Assembly: GCA_951406725.2 (NCBI GenBank)
Contig: OX597820.1
Span: 76,632,001 to 76,696,000, forward strand
Direction of reading: 5' to 3'
Length of the DNA stretch: 64,000 bases
Source of the DNA: Octopus vulgaris
Taxonomy: Eukaryota
Part shown: in pieces, positions 1 through 13,622 of the stretch
How positions within the stretch are numbered: position 1 is the first letter of the stretch
Layout of the letters: each line of letters starts with the position of its first letter
Notes under the pieces: model-generated
What the model saw: only the letters and a program-made list of their open reading frames with translations
Told to the model about the DNA's origin: nothing
Databases searched by the model: none
Made by a program: the position numbers and the translations under genes

Positions 1-814
1 GGAGTTGTTATTGTTCTATTATTTCACTTTAAAAGAAGTTCACACTTGTTATAGTGTACAACAGACTATAATTATTCAAAGAACTGAAGTAGTTTATCAT
101 GATTAGGGACACAAACCTATACCATTAAAGATGACAGTTGTTTTCTGATACAGTTCCTTTGTACATTAAAAGCGCAAATTCACTTTTATTTCCCTTTTTT
201 ATATCATTTTACAGCGATGTGTATTATCAAAGCGACAAAGACTTTCGTCATACCAATTTCGATACTGTTATTGATTTTCACGGTATCTATTTCTGAGAAG
301 TATACATTAAAGGAATAAAGAAAATATTCATGTTGCAAAAGAAATCAAATCTCGTTAAAGTTTATTTGGTCATAATAAGGATATATTGTTTGTTGGAGAA
401 TTTATCTGAGCTAGTGTTATGTGAGTAGTAGGAAGGGGAACTTGTACTACAGTTTCGTAAATTATTCGAGGGAAGTAAACCTCGCGGGTAAAATAATAAA
501 TATGTACGAAATATATAGGATGGATTAAATACTCCAAGTTGTCAGAATACCAAATTGGTATACTAAAAATTTCAAAATAAAATAAGATATCTACTAAAAT
601 TCTGCTACGAAATCTATGTATATAATAAAAGAGTTGTTTTAATAACGAGGAAATGTGTTTATAGACTGCTATCTATTTTAATTGTTCAGGTAAAAAGTTA
701 CAACTCGGGTCTCTATTGGCTTACACGCAAAGAGAAATCTGATAAGAAAATGTTAATTCTCACCCATTTAGTGCTCACATAAGTAGGAATCAAATGGTTG
801 TCCTGCTTTCTAAT

Positions 815-1030
815 ATTGATTTCAGATTTCGGTACAAGGCCAGCAAATTTGGATGAGGGCTAAGTCAATTACATGGACTCCAGAATATATCTGGTACTTA
901 TTTTATCAACCTCTAAAAGATGTAAGACAAAGTCCATCTTGGCAGCATCTGATCTCAGAATGTAAAGACGGACAAATACGGCTAAGCATTTACCCAGCAT
1001 GCTTACGATTCTGCCAGCTCACTGTCCTAT
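815..1030 (-). mobile_element. Decayed Meta-domain-like tRNA-derived SINE
   Basis: Reverse complement matches the family seen at 6074-6306 (gagctggcagaa..ttagc..ggtattt..ataaaataagtaccag). Confidence 0.8.
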
Positions 1031-1059
1031 ACTGTTTTTTAAATATTGAATAGCATAGC

Positions 1060-1285
1060 AATGGCAACGTGCTGACAGAATCATTAGCACACCGGGCAAA
1101 GTGCTTACAGGCATTTCGTCCGTCTTTATGTGTTTTGTCCAAATACCGTCCAGGTCAACTTTGCCTTTCATCGTTTCGGAATCGATAAAATAAGTTCCAG
1201 CTTAGAACAGGACAGAGGTCTGTGTAAACTAGATAGCCACTTCCCTGAAATTATTGGTCTTGTGCAAAGATTTGAAACCAATATC
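1060..1285 (+). mobile_element. Decayed Meta-domain-like SINE, head-to-head with the previous copy
   Basis: ggtcaactttgcctttcatcgtttcggaatcgataaaataagttccag core. Confidence 0.8.
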
Positions 1286-2234
1286 AAATAACATAGTAAT
1301 TAATGACAACATGATAAAAGTGTCTTCCTGCTGATTTAGCAAACATTACTTTTGCAATTTTAGTAAGGGAGCAAATATTTCAACGTCCAATTTATGATGA
1401 AACAAAAGACAACCTTTATTTGTATTCTAAAGCTTGTTTTTTTCTATATCGATAATTGCTTCTTCTAACGTCTCCAAAGACTGTTTGAAAATTTGGTATT
1501 CATTATATTAGTTAGAATAAAACTGAACATCGCATCAACATTCAAATTCTAGGGAAACATTGCTGGTAATAGGCAGTTTTGTTTCACAACGACAGAAAAT
1601 AATTAGATTAGTTGTGAACTGAAGTTATGCTTTCCTGGAGGTACGTGATGCAATCATAATATAATTTCTGAAGAATTTCGTCCCCCGAAGATGTGAAATA
1701 CGCTCAATAGCTAAACAACACACATCCGCAGACATGGGAGAGAACGTGATTGCAAAGGGCGTGTCATTGATGAGATCACGATGTAAAATCTTTGACAAGC
1801 CAAGGGTTGATTAATTAATTAACCGAATAGTTACTCAAAAAATCGATTGCTTTATCGGTCAACTAGTTAACCAATTGATATATGCAAAAATAAAGAAGTG
1901 AAACTGAACCAGTGTGTGTTGTGTTTATTATTGGCATAATGATCTTACAGACATACAAGAATATATACTTCATGGCACGAGTTCACATCTAGAACTCCGC
2001 AAACCGAATACAGAGATGAATATCCATTTTACAATCGCTGTTTCATAAACCTGTTACTGTACGATGTCTTAATGTAACCCTGTATCGACTCACACGGCCG
2101 GAGAAGAATTCATACATATACTTATGCATACACATCACATAGAAATACATACATACATACATACATCTCTCTCTCTCTTTATATATATATATATATATTT
2201 ATATATATAGGGAGAGAAATACACCCCACACACA

Positions 2235-2284
<50 letters not shown>

Positions 2285-2974
2285 CATACATGTATGTATG
2301 TATATTTATATATTACATATATTTTATCGCATTAATGTGTTCGTTCTTTAATTGGAATTTTGTCCTAAGATTTCTAATGTTTTTTCGTCATATTTTATTT
2401 TCGGACTCTTTTTAAAAAAATCGTTTAGGTATGAAAGTTTGTATTAAAACAAACAGTATATGGCTTAACTTATTAAACAAAGTTCAACAAATTCATTCAT
2501 AGTTAAGTAATGAAGGAGATTAGATGTTAAAATGGATAATAGTTTTTAGTTTTGATATTGCTATACAATTGTTTCATACCAATGGACTCATATATTAATA
2601 AGTAGAACATTGTAGTAGTCTTACTTGTACTCTTCAGTAGTGAATAGAAAAACGAAAAAATACGTTTAAAGTACATAGGTTTTTTCCTTAGTTATCATTT
2701 TATGGGACTTATATATTTGTTCTTACAGTCACGTTTATTTGAATCTAGAACTTTGTTTAATAAGAGAAATTATGTATTAATTATATATATGTTGGAAAAC
2801 ATTTAGCTGCCTTGTGAAAAATAACTTGCTACACATTACACATGGATACATACATACATACATACATACAAACACGCAAGTATACACACATACATTCATA
2901 TGTGCATAGGCGCATACATGCATGCATGCATACATACATACATTCACACATACATACAAACATACAAAATACAA

Positions 2975-3075
2975 TATTGGTGTTGAAATTCCACTGAAGG
3001 AGCCTGGGATCTAGGTTAGAAACCAGCTCTTTCTCTTTTAGCAAGAAACATTGAAATAAAAATGAATAATGACAC
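2975..3075 (+). mobile_element. Penelope-like terminal fragment with degenerate hammerhead-like motif
   Basis: CTGAAGG-AGCCTGG-GAT-CTAGGTT-A-GAAA-CCAGCT at 2994-3028; flanked by TA-rich repeats. Confidence 0.4.
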
Positions 3076-3156
3076 ATATATATATATTGATAGAAATGGT
3101 AAGACAACAAAAGAATGAAAGAGACCTCAATATTATGTAAATAGAGGAATTTATGT

Positions 3157-3274
3157 GTAAATATAATATGTGACAATTATTCAGTAGCCATGTTAAAACT
3201 CCGAGTTTCCGCCCCGACATCCGAAACTCGGAGTTTTATCATACTACCGAATAATTGTCACGTATTATATTTAC
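3157..3274. repeat. Inverted repeat, ~53-bp arms with 13-bp spacer
   Basis: gtaaatataatatgtgacaattattc..aaaactccgagtttc pairs with gaaactcggagtttt..gaataattgtcacgtattatatttac. Confidence 0.9.
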
Positions 3275-3278
3275 GGAT

Positions 3279-3318
<40 letters not shown>

Positions 3319-3367
3319 AAAACAAGTAAAAATAGAAAATGCTAAAATAATTTTATAGTGAACATTT

Positions 3368-3405
3368 CAGTACCGGTTTCGGTCATTTTGAGACCTTTTC
3401 AACTG
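3368..3405 (-). ncRNA. Minimal type I hammerhead ribozyme, U3-A8 core variant
   Basis: Minus strand reads CAG-UUGAAAA-GGUC-ucaaaau-GACC-GAAA-CCGG-UA-CUG: stem I CAG/CUG, stem II GGUC/GACC, palindromic stem III ACCGGU, GUA cleavage triplet. Confidence 0.75.
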
Positions 3406-3657
3406 TAACGATTAAATAATTAAATTTAGAAAAATTAGAAGAAAAGTTTTTTTAAAGAATATTTCTATAGTAGTGTTCAGATTTAAGTGGCATTCTGCCT
3501 TTCTCTGACTCCCTTGTTTGCACTTGTGTGTTCGAACTACCTCGAACACACAATGCAAACAAGGAGTCAGAAAAGGCAGAACACTATCTGAACACTACTA
3601 TATATTCTTTAAAAAACTTTTCTTCTAATTTTTCTAAATTTAATTATTTAATCGTTA

Positions 3658-3693
3658 CAGTTGAAAAGGTCTCAAAATGACCGAAACGTACTG
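3658..3693 (+). ncRNA. Second minimal hammerhead copy in the inverted arm
   Basis: CAG-UUGAAAA-GGUC-ucaaaau-GACC-GAAA-CG-UA-CUG; stem III shortened to ACGU. Confidence 0.65.
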
Positions 3694-3776
3694 AAATGTT
3701 CATATAAAATTATTTTAGCATTTTCTATTTTTTACTTGTTTTTTCATATATATCAACTCGTGTGTTCCTTTTCACC

Positions 3777-3853
<77 letters not shown>

Positions 3854-4856
3854 GTATATATGTATGTATGTATGTATACATGTGTGTGTGTGTGTGTGTG
3901 TACGTAAGTGATTATCTAGATAAGGTAGGACTTTTAGAAAAATAATCTAACCAAATAACTCGCACATTATAAATACAATCTTGGAAGGGGAAAAGCAAAA
4001 GCGTACAAGACTTTTCTCAAATTCAAAATGTGACATTGTTTTTGTTATTTAAATTCCAACAAAGGTGCTTTGTATCCTTGTTAGAAACAAATACTTTCAT
4101 CGGAAGAAGACGAATTAAATAATTAATGATTAGAAGAGAATACATTCACACACACTTACACACACCCATACATAGATATGCGTGCGCGCACATATTCATA
4201 TGATTGAATTAGCGTGTAAGTGGTAGAGTTTTCCACAGACACGCGAACTCACGACATTATTAGCGTGATATAGTTTGTGACGAGGCTATATATATTCAAC
4301 TGCAAGTACAACCCATCTCACCAGCTTCTGTATAATTTCCGTCAACATATTTTTTACTGGAAATGTAATGGGAAGAGCCGTAGATATAGAAAAGGATATT
4401 TGACCAAAATAACAATCAGTGAGATCGTACATGGAATCTTGTTTTTCCGAAGAAAATTTCTCAACCATTCGGCCATAGAATGCCTACATTTCTTCATTAA
4501 ATTAAGTATAAAATAAAATAAAAAAGTAAATGTTTTTCTGAAGGTCATTAATTAATTTAATGAAGCGAATTGGTTTGAATTGAGTAGAGATGTCATGCAG
4601 CCAAACGATTTTCGCTAGGAGCTGATCCGTTACGTTAAGGTGCTTATTAATCTAATTGTATTTCAGTCTCATCTAACCCCAACATACAACATATATAACT
4701 TCCTGGAACTAAAATTCAATTAATGTTTTTTTGTTGTTTTTTTTTGGTTTTAGAGACTTGATCTCCTATAGTGACTGAGTGGTTAAAAGACCATTCTGAG
4801 AATTGATAAAATCCTGGAGCTGTGGAACCCGAAATTTATTGTCAGTGATTACTAAG

Positions 4857-4923
<67 letters not shown>

Positions 4924-5204
4924 TATTTGTCATTCGATACAGTGTATATTTAAACATATAAGGAATACACTTATAGGGATTCTACACGCTAGAAAGAACA
5001 GCTAGGTTCTATAACCACAAAAATTGGGGATAAAATTCGACAGGAATAAATTTGGAAATGAAAAACATTTACCATCCAGTTTCCTGGACCAATGGGCTTC
5101 TAATCTTCTTTTAGCAAGTCAAGGAGAACTCACAAGATCTGATAAATACATACATACATACATACATACATACATACATAATACATATATATATATATCA
5201 TTAT

Positions 5205-5425
5205 TTAGTGAGTTCGATTCTCGAACCGTGCTGTATATTGCGTTCTTGAGCAAACAATTTATTTCACGTTGTTCCAGTGCAGTCGGCTGTATATATGAGT
5301 CGCGACGTCACTGGCGCCAAGCTTTATCGGCTTTTGCCTTTCTCTCGTACAACATCGTTGAGGTGGAGAAGGGAGGCTGGCATGCATGTTGGCTGCTAGT
5401 CTTCCATAAAAATCTGCAGTGGCAG
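5205..5425 (+). mobile_element. Nin-domain-like SINE, decayed
   Basis: Similar to 41332-41663 (gttcgattc B box, ttcttgagcaa..tttatttcacgttg). Confidence 0.7.
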
Positions 5426-5639
5426 GAGTAATGATAATTATAATGATGATGGTCATAACAATAATAGTACTACTGCTATTACTAATACCAACACTGCCCC
5501 CCACGAACAACACCAATAATTAAAGAGATGATGAAGACGGTAGTAGCATCGTCCATATGACTATTGACTCCTTTGAAATACAAAACATTTGTGGAACAGT
5601 AACAGTAGAATTCAATGAAAATAGGAATGTTGTTTACAA

Positions 5640-5955
5640 CATTCTTAAATATGGCCGAACAATTATTCCTTTAGGTGCGGTGAAATTAAAGAATCTGTAA
5701 CGTGCCCAATAAACCGCGCCGTCTAATCTACATACTGATTGGTTGAAATGCAGTTAGAACTTAGTTGGTGCGCTCACCAAACCGTGGTATCTAAGCGACG
5801 TACGGATGGGTCAAAATACGGTTCGTAAGATTTAGCAGACTGGGGCCCATCGGAGGGTATTTAAAGGATGAATCTAACCATTTTACTACAATTGTCAATT
5901 GTTGAACAAGAGTGTCACTACAGAAACCTGATGATTGCGTAACGCATGAAAGTAC
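5640..5955 (+). mobile_element. Penelope-like pseudo-LTR fragment ending in a truncated hammerhead motif
   Basis: gattggtt and tatttaaagg boxes, then CTGATGA-tTGCGTaACGCAt-GAAA-GTAC at 5928-5955, cut off by (CA)n. Confidence 0.5.
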
Positions 5956-5991
5956 ACACACACACACACATACACACACACACACATACAC

Positions 5992-6073
<82 letters not shown>

Positions 6074-6076
<3 letters not shown>

Positions 6077-6666
6077 GGAGGGGAGCTGGCAGAAACGTTA
6101 GTACACTGGGCGAAATGCTTAGCGGTATTTTGTCTGCTGTTACGTTTTGAGTTCAAATTACGCCGAGGACGGCTTTGCCTTTCACCTTTCGGGGTCGATT
6201 AAATAAGTACCAGTTACGCACTGAGGTTGATGTAATCGACTTAATCCGTTTGTCTGTCCTTGTTTGTCCTCTCTGTGTTTAGCTCCTTGTGGGTAGTAAA
6301 GAAATAGGTATTTTGTCTGCCGTTACGTTCTGAGTTCAAATTCCGCCTAGGTCGACATTGCCTTTCATCCTTTCGGGGTCGATTAAATAAATACCAGTTA
6401 TGCACTGGGGTCGATGTAATCGACTTAATCCGTGTGTCAGTCCTTGTTTGTCCCCTCTGTGTTTGGCCCCTTGTGGGTAGTAAAGAAATAGGTATTTCCT
6501 CAGCCGCTACGTTCTGAGTACAAATTCCGCCGAGGTCGAATTTGCTTTTCGGGATTGATTAAATAAGTACCATTTACGCACTGGGATCAATGTAATCGAC
6601 TTAATCTCTTCGTCAGTCCTTGTTTGTCCCCTCTGTGTTTAACCCCTTATGAGCAATAAAGAAATA
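6074..6666 (+). mobile_element. Trimeric Meta-domain-like SINE
   Basis: One head followed by three ~183-bp units starting ggtattt at 6125, 6307 and 6491. Confidence 0.9.
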
Positions 6667-6682
6667 TATATATATATATGTA

Positions 6683-6731
<49 letters not shown>

Positions 6732-6754
6732 ATTCATAATTTGTGCATACATAC

Positions 6755-7125
6755 AGGGGTGACGTAGTGGTAAGTAGCATGGTTACCAATCATATGGTTC
6801 CAGGTTCAATACCATTGCGTGGTACGTTGGGCAAGTGTTTTCTACTATAGTCTTTGGTCGACCAAAATCCTGTGCGTGGACTTGGTAGACGGAAACTGAA
6901 AGAAGCTCATCATATATATATATTGATGTATACGTTTCTGTCCTTGTGTGTCCTCCTCCCGCCATAGTTTGATAACAGATGTTAGCGTGTTTATGCGTGG
7001 TTACGTAGCTAAGCGTTTCGGTATAAGAACAAGTACTACGCTTACAAAGAATGAGTCCTGGGGTCAATCTGTTCGACTAAAAGGTGGTGCTCTAGCATGG
7101 CCGCAGTCAAAAGAATAGAAGAATA
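6755..7125 (+). mobile_element. CORE-like SINE with internal microsatellite
   Basis: tRNA-like head, ttgggcaagtg core, tail ggtggtgctctagcatggccgcagtc. Confidence 0.85.
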
Positions 7126-7134
7126 CATGTATCT

Positions 7135-7158
7135 AACTATATATTACCTATCTATCTA

Positions 7159-7203
<45 letters not shown>

Positions 7204-7240
7204 GTCTGTCTGCCTATCTATCTAACTATCTATCTATCTG

Positions 7241-7271
<31 letters not shown>

Positions 7272-7304
7272 GTCTATCTATCTAACTATCTATCTGTCTG
7301 TCTA

Positions 7305-7399
<95 letters not shown>

Positions 7400-7468
7400 T
7401 AATATAGCATATATTTATTATATATATATTCAAGAAAATTATATGAATATACTATGAACTCCTTCTTA

Positions 7469-7542
<74 letters not shown>

Positions 7543-7565
7543 ATGTATCTATGTATATATATATT
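7135..7565. repeat. Compound microsatellite (TATC)n(CT)n(TA)n
   Basis: Direct reading. Confidence 0.95.
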
Positions 7566-7833
7566 TAGACACTGGAAATCATTACTAAGAGTTTGACATA
7601 TCACTGTAGGTCATCGAATATTCAGGATAGTTAAAACACGTGGTTGACTGCTTTGCGGTTATTGTCTCGTCTGCTCCTTGAATTCAAACACCGCCAAGAA
7701 AATCTTTACATCTTTTCCACCCGGAGTTGGATAAATAAAACATCAGCGAAGTACTGAGATCTGTCTCATTTTCTTTTTCTACCAGATTCCGTTAAGTCGT
7801 GTTGTGTAAAGTGTTTTGGCAAACCTTTTACAG

Positions 7834-7914
7834 AATTCCTTTATCTAGAAATAATGTTTGGCTTAGTGAAATGGCAGCAACGACTGATTTGCCATTGGAA
7901 GCGTCCAAGGAGAT
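7834..7914 (+). CDS. Candidate 81-nt symmetric internal exon (IPLSRNNVWLSEMAATTDLPLEASKE)
   Basis: ccttttacag acceptor, GTAAGT donor, one open frame; no recognised homology. Confidence 0.25.
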
Positions 7915-8264
7915 GTAAGTGCTATAAAGCACAGAACAAAAATGCAGAAATAGGAAGATGATAGGCTTACGTAGTTTTCCATTATTATATCCGCGTCGGA
8001 TTATATAAGAAACTGACAGCTGGTGTTGATCCAGAATAACAGGACGTTGGTTCTGCGTAAATAAATTTTCATGCATGTTTTATATTGAGCTTCCGTTCCT
8101 TACAACCAACAAATAACTCTGTGTGTATGTGTGATCGTGAATCTATATACATATGTACGTAAGCACTCACACGTATTTACTGAGATGTATAAAATCCATG
8201 AGCATATAATGACACACACATACACACACACACAATTTCTTATATTGCTGATATTTTATTCTTT

Positions 8265-8490
8265 AATTCAAAGCAACGAGCCGTTAGAAGCATTTACACG
8301 CCGCTGGGCAACACGCGTTGCAGTATTTCGTTCGTCTTTACGCTCTGGTTTCAAATTCCGCCTAGGTCGACTTCGCATTTCATCCTTTAGGAGAAGAAAA
8401 CATAAATACCAGTTGAGCACCGGGATAGATGTAATTGACTTACCCCTCCCTTGAATTTCCTGGTTTTGTGCCAAAATTTGAAACGAATAT
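8265..8490 (+). mobile_element. Meta-domain-like SINE
   Basis: ttcaaattccgcctaggtcgacttcgcatttcatcctt core. Confidence 0.8.
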
Positions 8491-8735
8491 TTCGATGCTT
8501 GATTCTAGCTCCTCACGCTTTTCCACGAGTTGTTCGACTTCATATGTTGTATATTTGTCTTCTATCCCCCATAACGCCACCTGCCAATTTGTTGCTTTCT
8601 AACAGGGTTGACAATGTCAAAAACGTTTGGACTGGCACTCCAGTTTGAAGATACATTCTCACGCTCTTCCAACAATCAGACCTTCTTAGATGTATATAGA
8701 CACTACCTTGTCGCCTGACTAAAAAACAAATGTAT

Positions 8736-8891
8736 AGGCGCAGGCGTGGCTGTGTCATGAGAAGCTTAACTTCCTCATCACATGGCTCCGGGTTCAGTCC
8801 CTCTGAGTGGCAAACTAGGCAAATGTGTAGCCTCGAGCAGACCAAGGTTTTGTGAGTGGATTTGGTAGACGGAATCGAAAAGAAATCCGCG

Positions 8892-8976
<85 letters not shown>

Positions 8977-9152
8977 TGCGTTTGTCCCGATCTACAGCTA
9001 GATAATCTGTGTTTATGTGTTTATGTCCCTGAAACTTAACGGTTCGCTAGAAGAACCAGGCTTAAACATACATGTACTGGGGCTGATTCTTTTGCCTAAA
9101 CCTTCTTCTACAATGGCCGCAGTCTAATGACTGAAACAAGTAAGAGGTAAAG
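8736..9152 (+). mobile_element. CORE-like SINE with internal (TA)n(TG)n
   Basis: ggcgcaggcgtggctgtg head; atggccgcagtctaatgactgaaacaagtaa tail. Confidence 0.85.
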
Positions 9153-9745
9153 ATATACTTGTTGAATTCTAAGACCCTCTCCACAACGAATGCCCAGTGA
9201 ATAAAGAAACATACACTAGCCTTACAGCGAGTTGAACACCTTCCATAGCAATATACATAATGATATCGGGTACATTAATGACTGCGCCAATCTGAAGCCT
9301 AAATAATAAGGGTGAGTAATAGATCTATAATTTAACAATAAATTTTGGTTATATTCATTTACGAAAGACTTGCTAATAATAACAGCGCACATATCACTCA
9401 ATACAAAGTAGCCTTCCATAGTTGATAGAGACACATAGAAATATATGTCAGTGTAGAATTAATATGTATTTAATAGGTAATTCAAATTTTGCACTCGGGT
9501 TGAAGTATCTAATGCACTCAGTTTTAGTAAGCGTTGAGATATTAATACTTTTCATTCCAGACATTTATTGCTATACAAACTATTACAAATAATAGTATTC
9601 CATAACTTTTCATTAAGATCGTTGCATTAACTTTTCTCTCCCCCTCTCATTCTTTCTCTCTCATCATATATATGTTTGTGTGCTTGTGTGTATACACACA
9701 CACACGTAGTTACACGTATATATGAATGTATGTATATATCTACAT

Positions 9746-9795
<50 letters not shown>

Positions 9796-10051
9796 GTTTG
9801 TGTATATGAATGCGTGTATACATATATCATGGTGTGTATATGTATATACGTATATGTGTACGCGCAAACACGCACATATGCATATATTTATATATGAGTA
9901 TACTTAGAATGTAACGACGCATGTAGCAAATATGGCCATACATCGATAAAACGTTAAATAGACTTAAGATTATGTAGTTCAAATTACTTAGGAGACACAC
10001 ATACACACTTACACGCACACACTATTACAAAATATATATTTAGATATTTAG

Positions 10052-10089
<38 letters not shown>

Positions 10090-12738
10090 GCATACATGTA
10101 TATATATATGTGTGTATATGCGTGTGTGTGTTTGTGAAGCGAGACAGAGAGGGGGAGTTCAGACAGACAGAGGGTAAGAGTGAGAGAGTGTGAAAAAGAC
10201 AGGAAGGAATACGAGAGAGAGAGAAAGAGACAGATGTACCTATGAAATTATTTTCCTAACTTAGTTTGTAAACTCCCAGACATTCAGACAGTTGCCTGCA
10301 GATGCGTGTTTTTGTCTGACTACACACTTTCATGTGTGTGTATGGCTGTGTGTATAGTTGTGCTTATGTATAAAAGAAAAAAATTATCTGTTAAGCGTAT
10401 TGATAATTGAATTTAATAAATAGACATTATCTTGTTTGTTACGTGAGATTTAGTGTACTTAAATGAAGTATAGTAGTATGTCGGCTGATATATATTCGCA
10501 AATGGTATTCACTTCCGCCTAAAAGTAGTAATGGAAAAACAACCTTAACGAAATATTACGACTAAAGAGTGCTGCTACTGATATTGAAATTTTAATGTTG
10601 AGTGGACTTTTCATTTTCTTAGATTTATCATTTCTTGACACCAAAATTTCCGGTATAAATATTCTAAACCAAATTCGCAGTACTCCATTAGACATGTACT
10701 TAGAAAGATGACATCAAAATTAAGTCCCATTTGTGTTACTGCTATTGTTGTTCAGTGATTTGGTGGAGGTAGTTCCTTAACGCGAAAGAAACTGAAAGTA
10801 AATTTCTTTCTTCAGTTTTACGTAACAAAAACCTGTCGCCATGATTTAGATACTTTACACGAAGTGATGTTTAAAAAACTACAGTAGACATATTATTCAA
10901 ACACATCTATAAGGAAGATAATAGTTATATATTCTATGATATTACTAACACTGTGTTAAAAAGCATACATTTAATGTATATTACTTATAAAAGATATTGG
11001 CATTATATCAAAACAACACACGCACACAAGCATAACTGGTTTAGAAGCAATGATCAGGTCATAATTCTCCATGAGGTTAGGTTTGCATTACTTTTCTCAG
11101 TAAAATTATGTTTCAAATGCAACTGATCTTCACATCAAACAATAACTCTTAGCGTCTAAATAATTACAAATCAACATCATGCGGTAAACGACAAAGTACA
11201 AGGTAGCCATATTGTCTCTAAAAGTTTGAATCAACTGTATTTAACTACTAACATACCTAATATGTCCATCGAACAAGTTATAATAGAAGTTAATATTATT
11301 CTACGTAAGGTCTATTAATCTCATTCTCAATGAATTACACTTTTAAAGCAATTAACGAACGTCATCCTATTACAAAATTTCCTGTATATTTCAGCAAAAC
11401 TTCTTCCCCAGCTTAAAAGAAATTTTACTGATTTCATGCGCGATTACCGCATTCAAGCGATATTTATAAGTTTAGATCTATATCAGATAACAGGAATGAT
11501 TAAAACAGTTTATGATGCGTATATAAACGTGCGCTATTGGTAAAATCAGATAAACGCGAAATGTGCTTCCAATAAGCCTCAAAGTAAAATAAAACTAGTC
11601 TGTATATTAAAAGCTAGTCAATATATTATATATATTAACCCCATTTCACAATGAAGTAATGTAATAAAATGAAATTTATGGGTTAGATTAGCAATAATCA
11701 CATACTCCGATATATCATAACTGGCAGGAAGTGGCACACTGGAAGCTAACTTTAAAACAGCTACAGCGTCTTGAGTATAGAAAATTGATTATTCGATATA
11801 TTAGATATTAAAAATATGCATTCGTTTTCCAAATGTGTGCGTTTGAAATATATGCATATGAAAGTATTCCATTTCATAGCAATTGCGGGTAAGAAGAATA
11901 TACTATTTTAATATTCAAGAACTTATCGCTCTCAAATTTCATTTCTACGCAATGATAAAACATTTAAATTCGAACTCATTTTGTCATTTTCTTCCTAATC
12001 TTTTATTTATTTTAAAGACATATATTGATATTGCAATAACAAATATTAGCAATAATTAGAGAAGACAATGTAGGATATATTACAGATAATTTACTCGATT
12101 CGGTTAAAGTAAACTTCCGGATTTCAAAATTGCTATGTAGTACACGGTTAATATTCATTGGACATTTATATATAATTTTCATATAAATGTACCACTTTTT
12201 GTTTTAATCATGGGATGTATTACAATGCAAAGGGACATGAAGAACCTAGATAACCTAATATCTAATCACTAAAGCGAAGGAATAAATAATTATAAACTAG
12301 AAATTTCAAGATATTTGTAGATGAAAGGGCAAATAGGGAATTAAATACTTGAAATCCAATCTTTTAAATAAGTTTTAAAACCTCAATATGAGAAATATTG
12401 CGATGAATATGCCTAGCATGTCGAGATTTTAGAGTAATAGTTTACTTGAAATCGATAATAAAAATGTATGATGTGAAAGGACTGCCCATAAGTTTTGTGG
12501 GAGTTAGTATCACTCAGCATGATACGTCTAAATAGGATAATATCGAGCCATGTATTTTTTTAGCTTAATCTCAGATGACGCACGTATTATAGGTCATGAT
12601 TCCAATGTGAAACGAACAATTAATGTTCCGTACTATTAGTTTTTAACACAACGTATATTTCACAGATATTATGAATTAGAAAAATAGTATAATTATTTAG
12701 CTGGGAAGATTTTAACGTATAATTATCGTATTATACAT

Positions 12739-12775
<37 letters not shown>

Positions 12776-13537
12776 TACATGAGTAGTCGATCGCGTCCCA
12801 CTGCGTGGTTTAATTTCAATGCTTTAATAGCCTATCTTAATCTAATTCATGCATCACTGCACATTGCTTCTCTCTATCGGCTCATTTCCATAAACAAGCT
12901 CTAGCCATCAGTGGATGCTGGACAGCAGCTATCTGATGTTTGTCAAGAACTCAATGACAACACTGCATCTAATTGCAACATGCTATATGCCACCAATGAA
13001 AGCAGAGACATTACGTGGATGCACACGCACAAACATAAACACATACATATTGGTAATAATACTTAGGCTAGCCAGAAGAAATGAAGTAATTTTTCTTTAC
13101 CAAAACAATAACATTTCCAAGAAAATAAATGAAAAAAATATTCAATAAAAGAAAAGAAAACACGATACAGAAGAATGTTCACGTTATTGTACTTCAAAAT
13201 TCGAAAAAACTAATAACAAAACCATTTTACGTTATTTTGCGATGCTTTCTTAGATTCTATTTCCCTCCACTGTGTTTTATTTCTTTGGACAATTTGATTT
13301 TCCCGTAACTGCATATAAATAATCTAAGGAACAGTTCCTTCATTTCTTGTGACTAATATTATCATTTCCAAAATGGGTATATATGCCTGTGCGTGTGTAT
13401 TTGTGTTTGCATATGTGTGTATACGTGCGTATGTATGAAAATCCGAAATTTGCGAAATGATCGCGATAATGAAAAACTGATGATCTTTCTAAATGCAGTG
13501 TGCGTATATATATATATATACACATATATATTTTTAT

Positions 13538-13580
<43 letters not shown>

Positions 13581-13591
13581 TATATACACAA

Positions 13592-13622
<31 letters not shown>

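Larger units (their letters stand above)
3316..3746. repeat. Long inverted repeat (arms 3316-3535 and 3542-3746), probable inverted Penelope pseudo-LTR
   Basis: Arms are reverse complements around a 6-nt centre; the right arm carries many small deletions; flanked by (TA)n. Confidence 0.9.

Noticed and set aside
1745-1795. bantam-like miRNA seed TGAGATCA (also at 24014)
   Set aside because: Only the seed matches, the hairpin is weak, and the second lies inside a TE
4322-4483. Minus-strand candidate exon
   Set aside because: The donor lies in decayed SINE sequence and the peptide is unrecognisable
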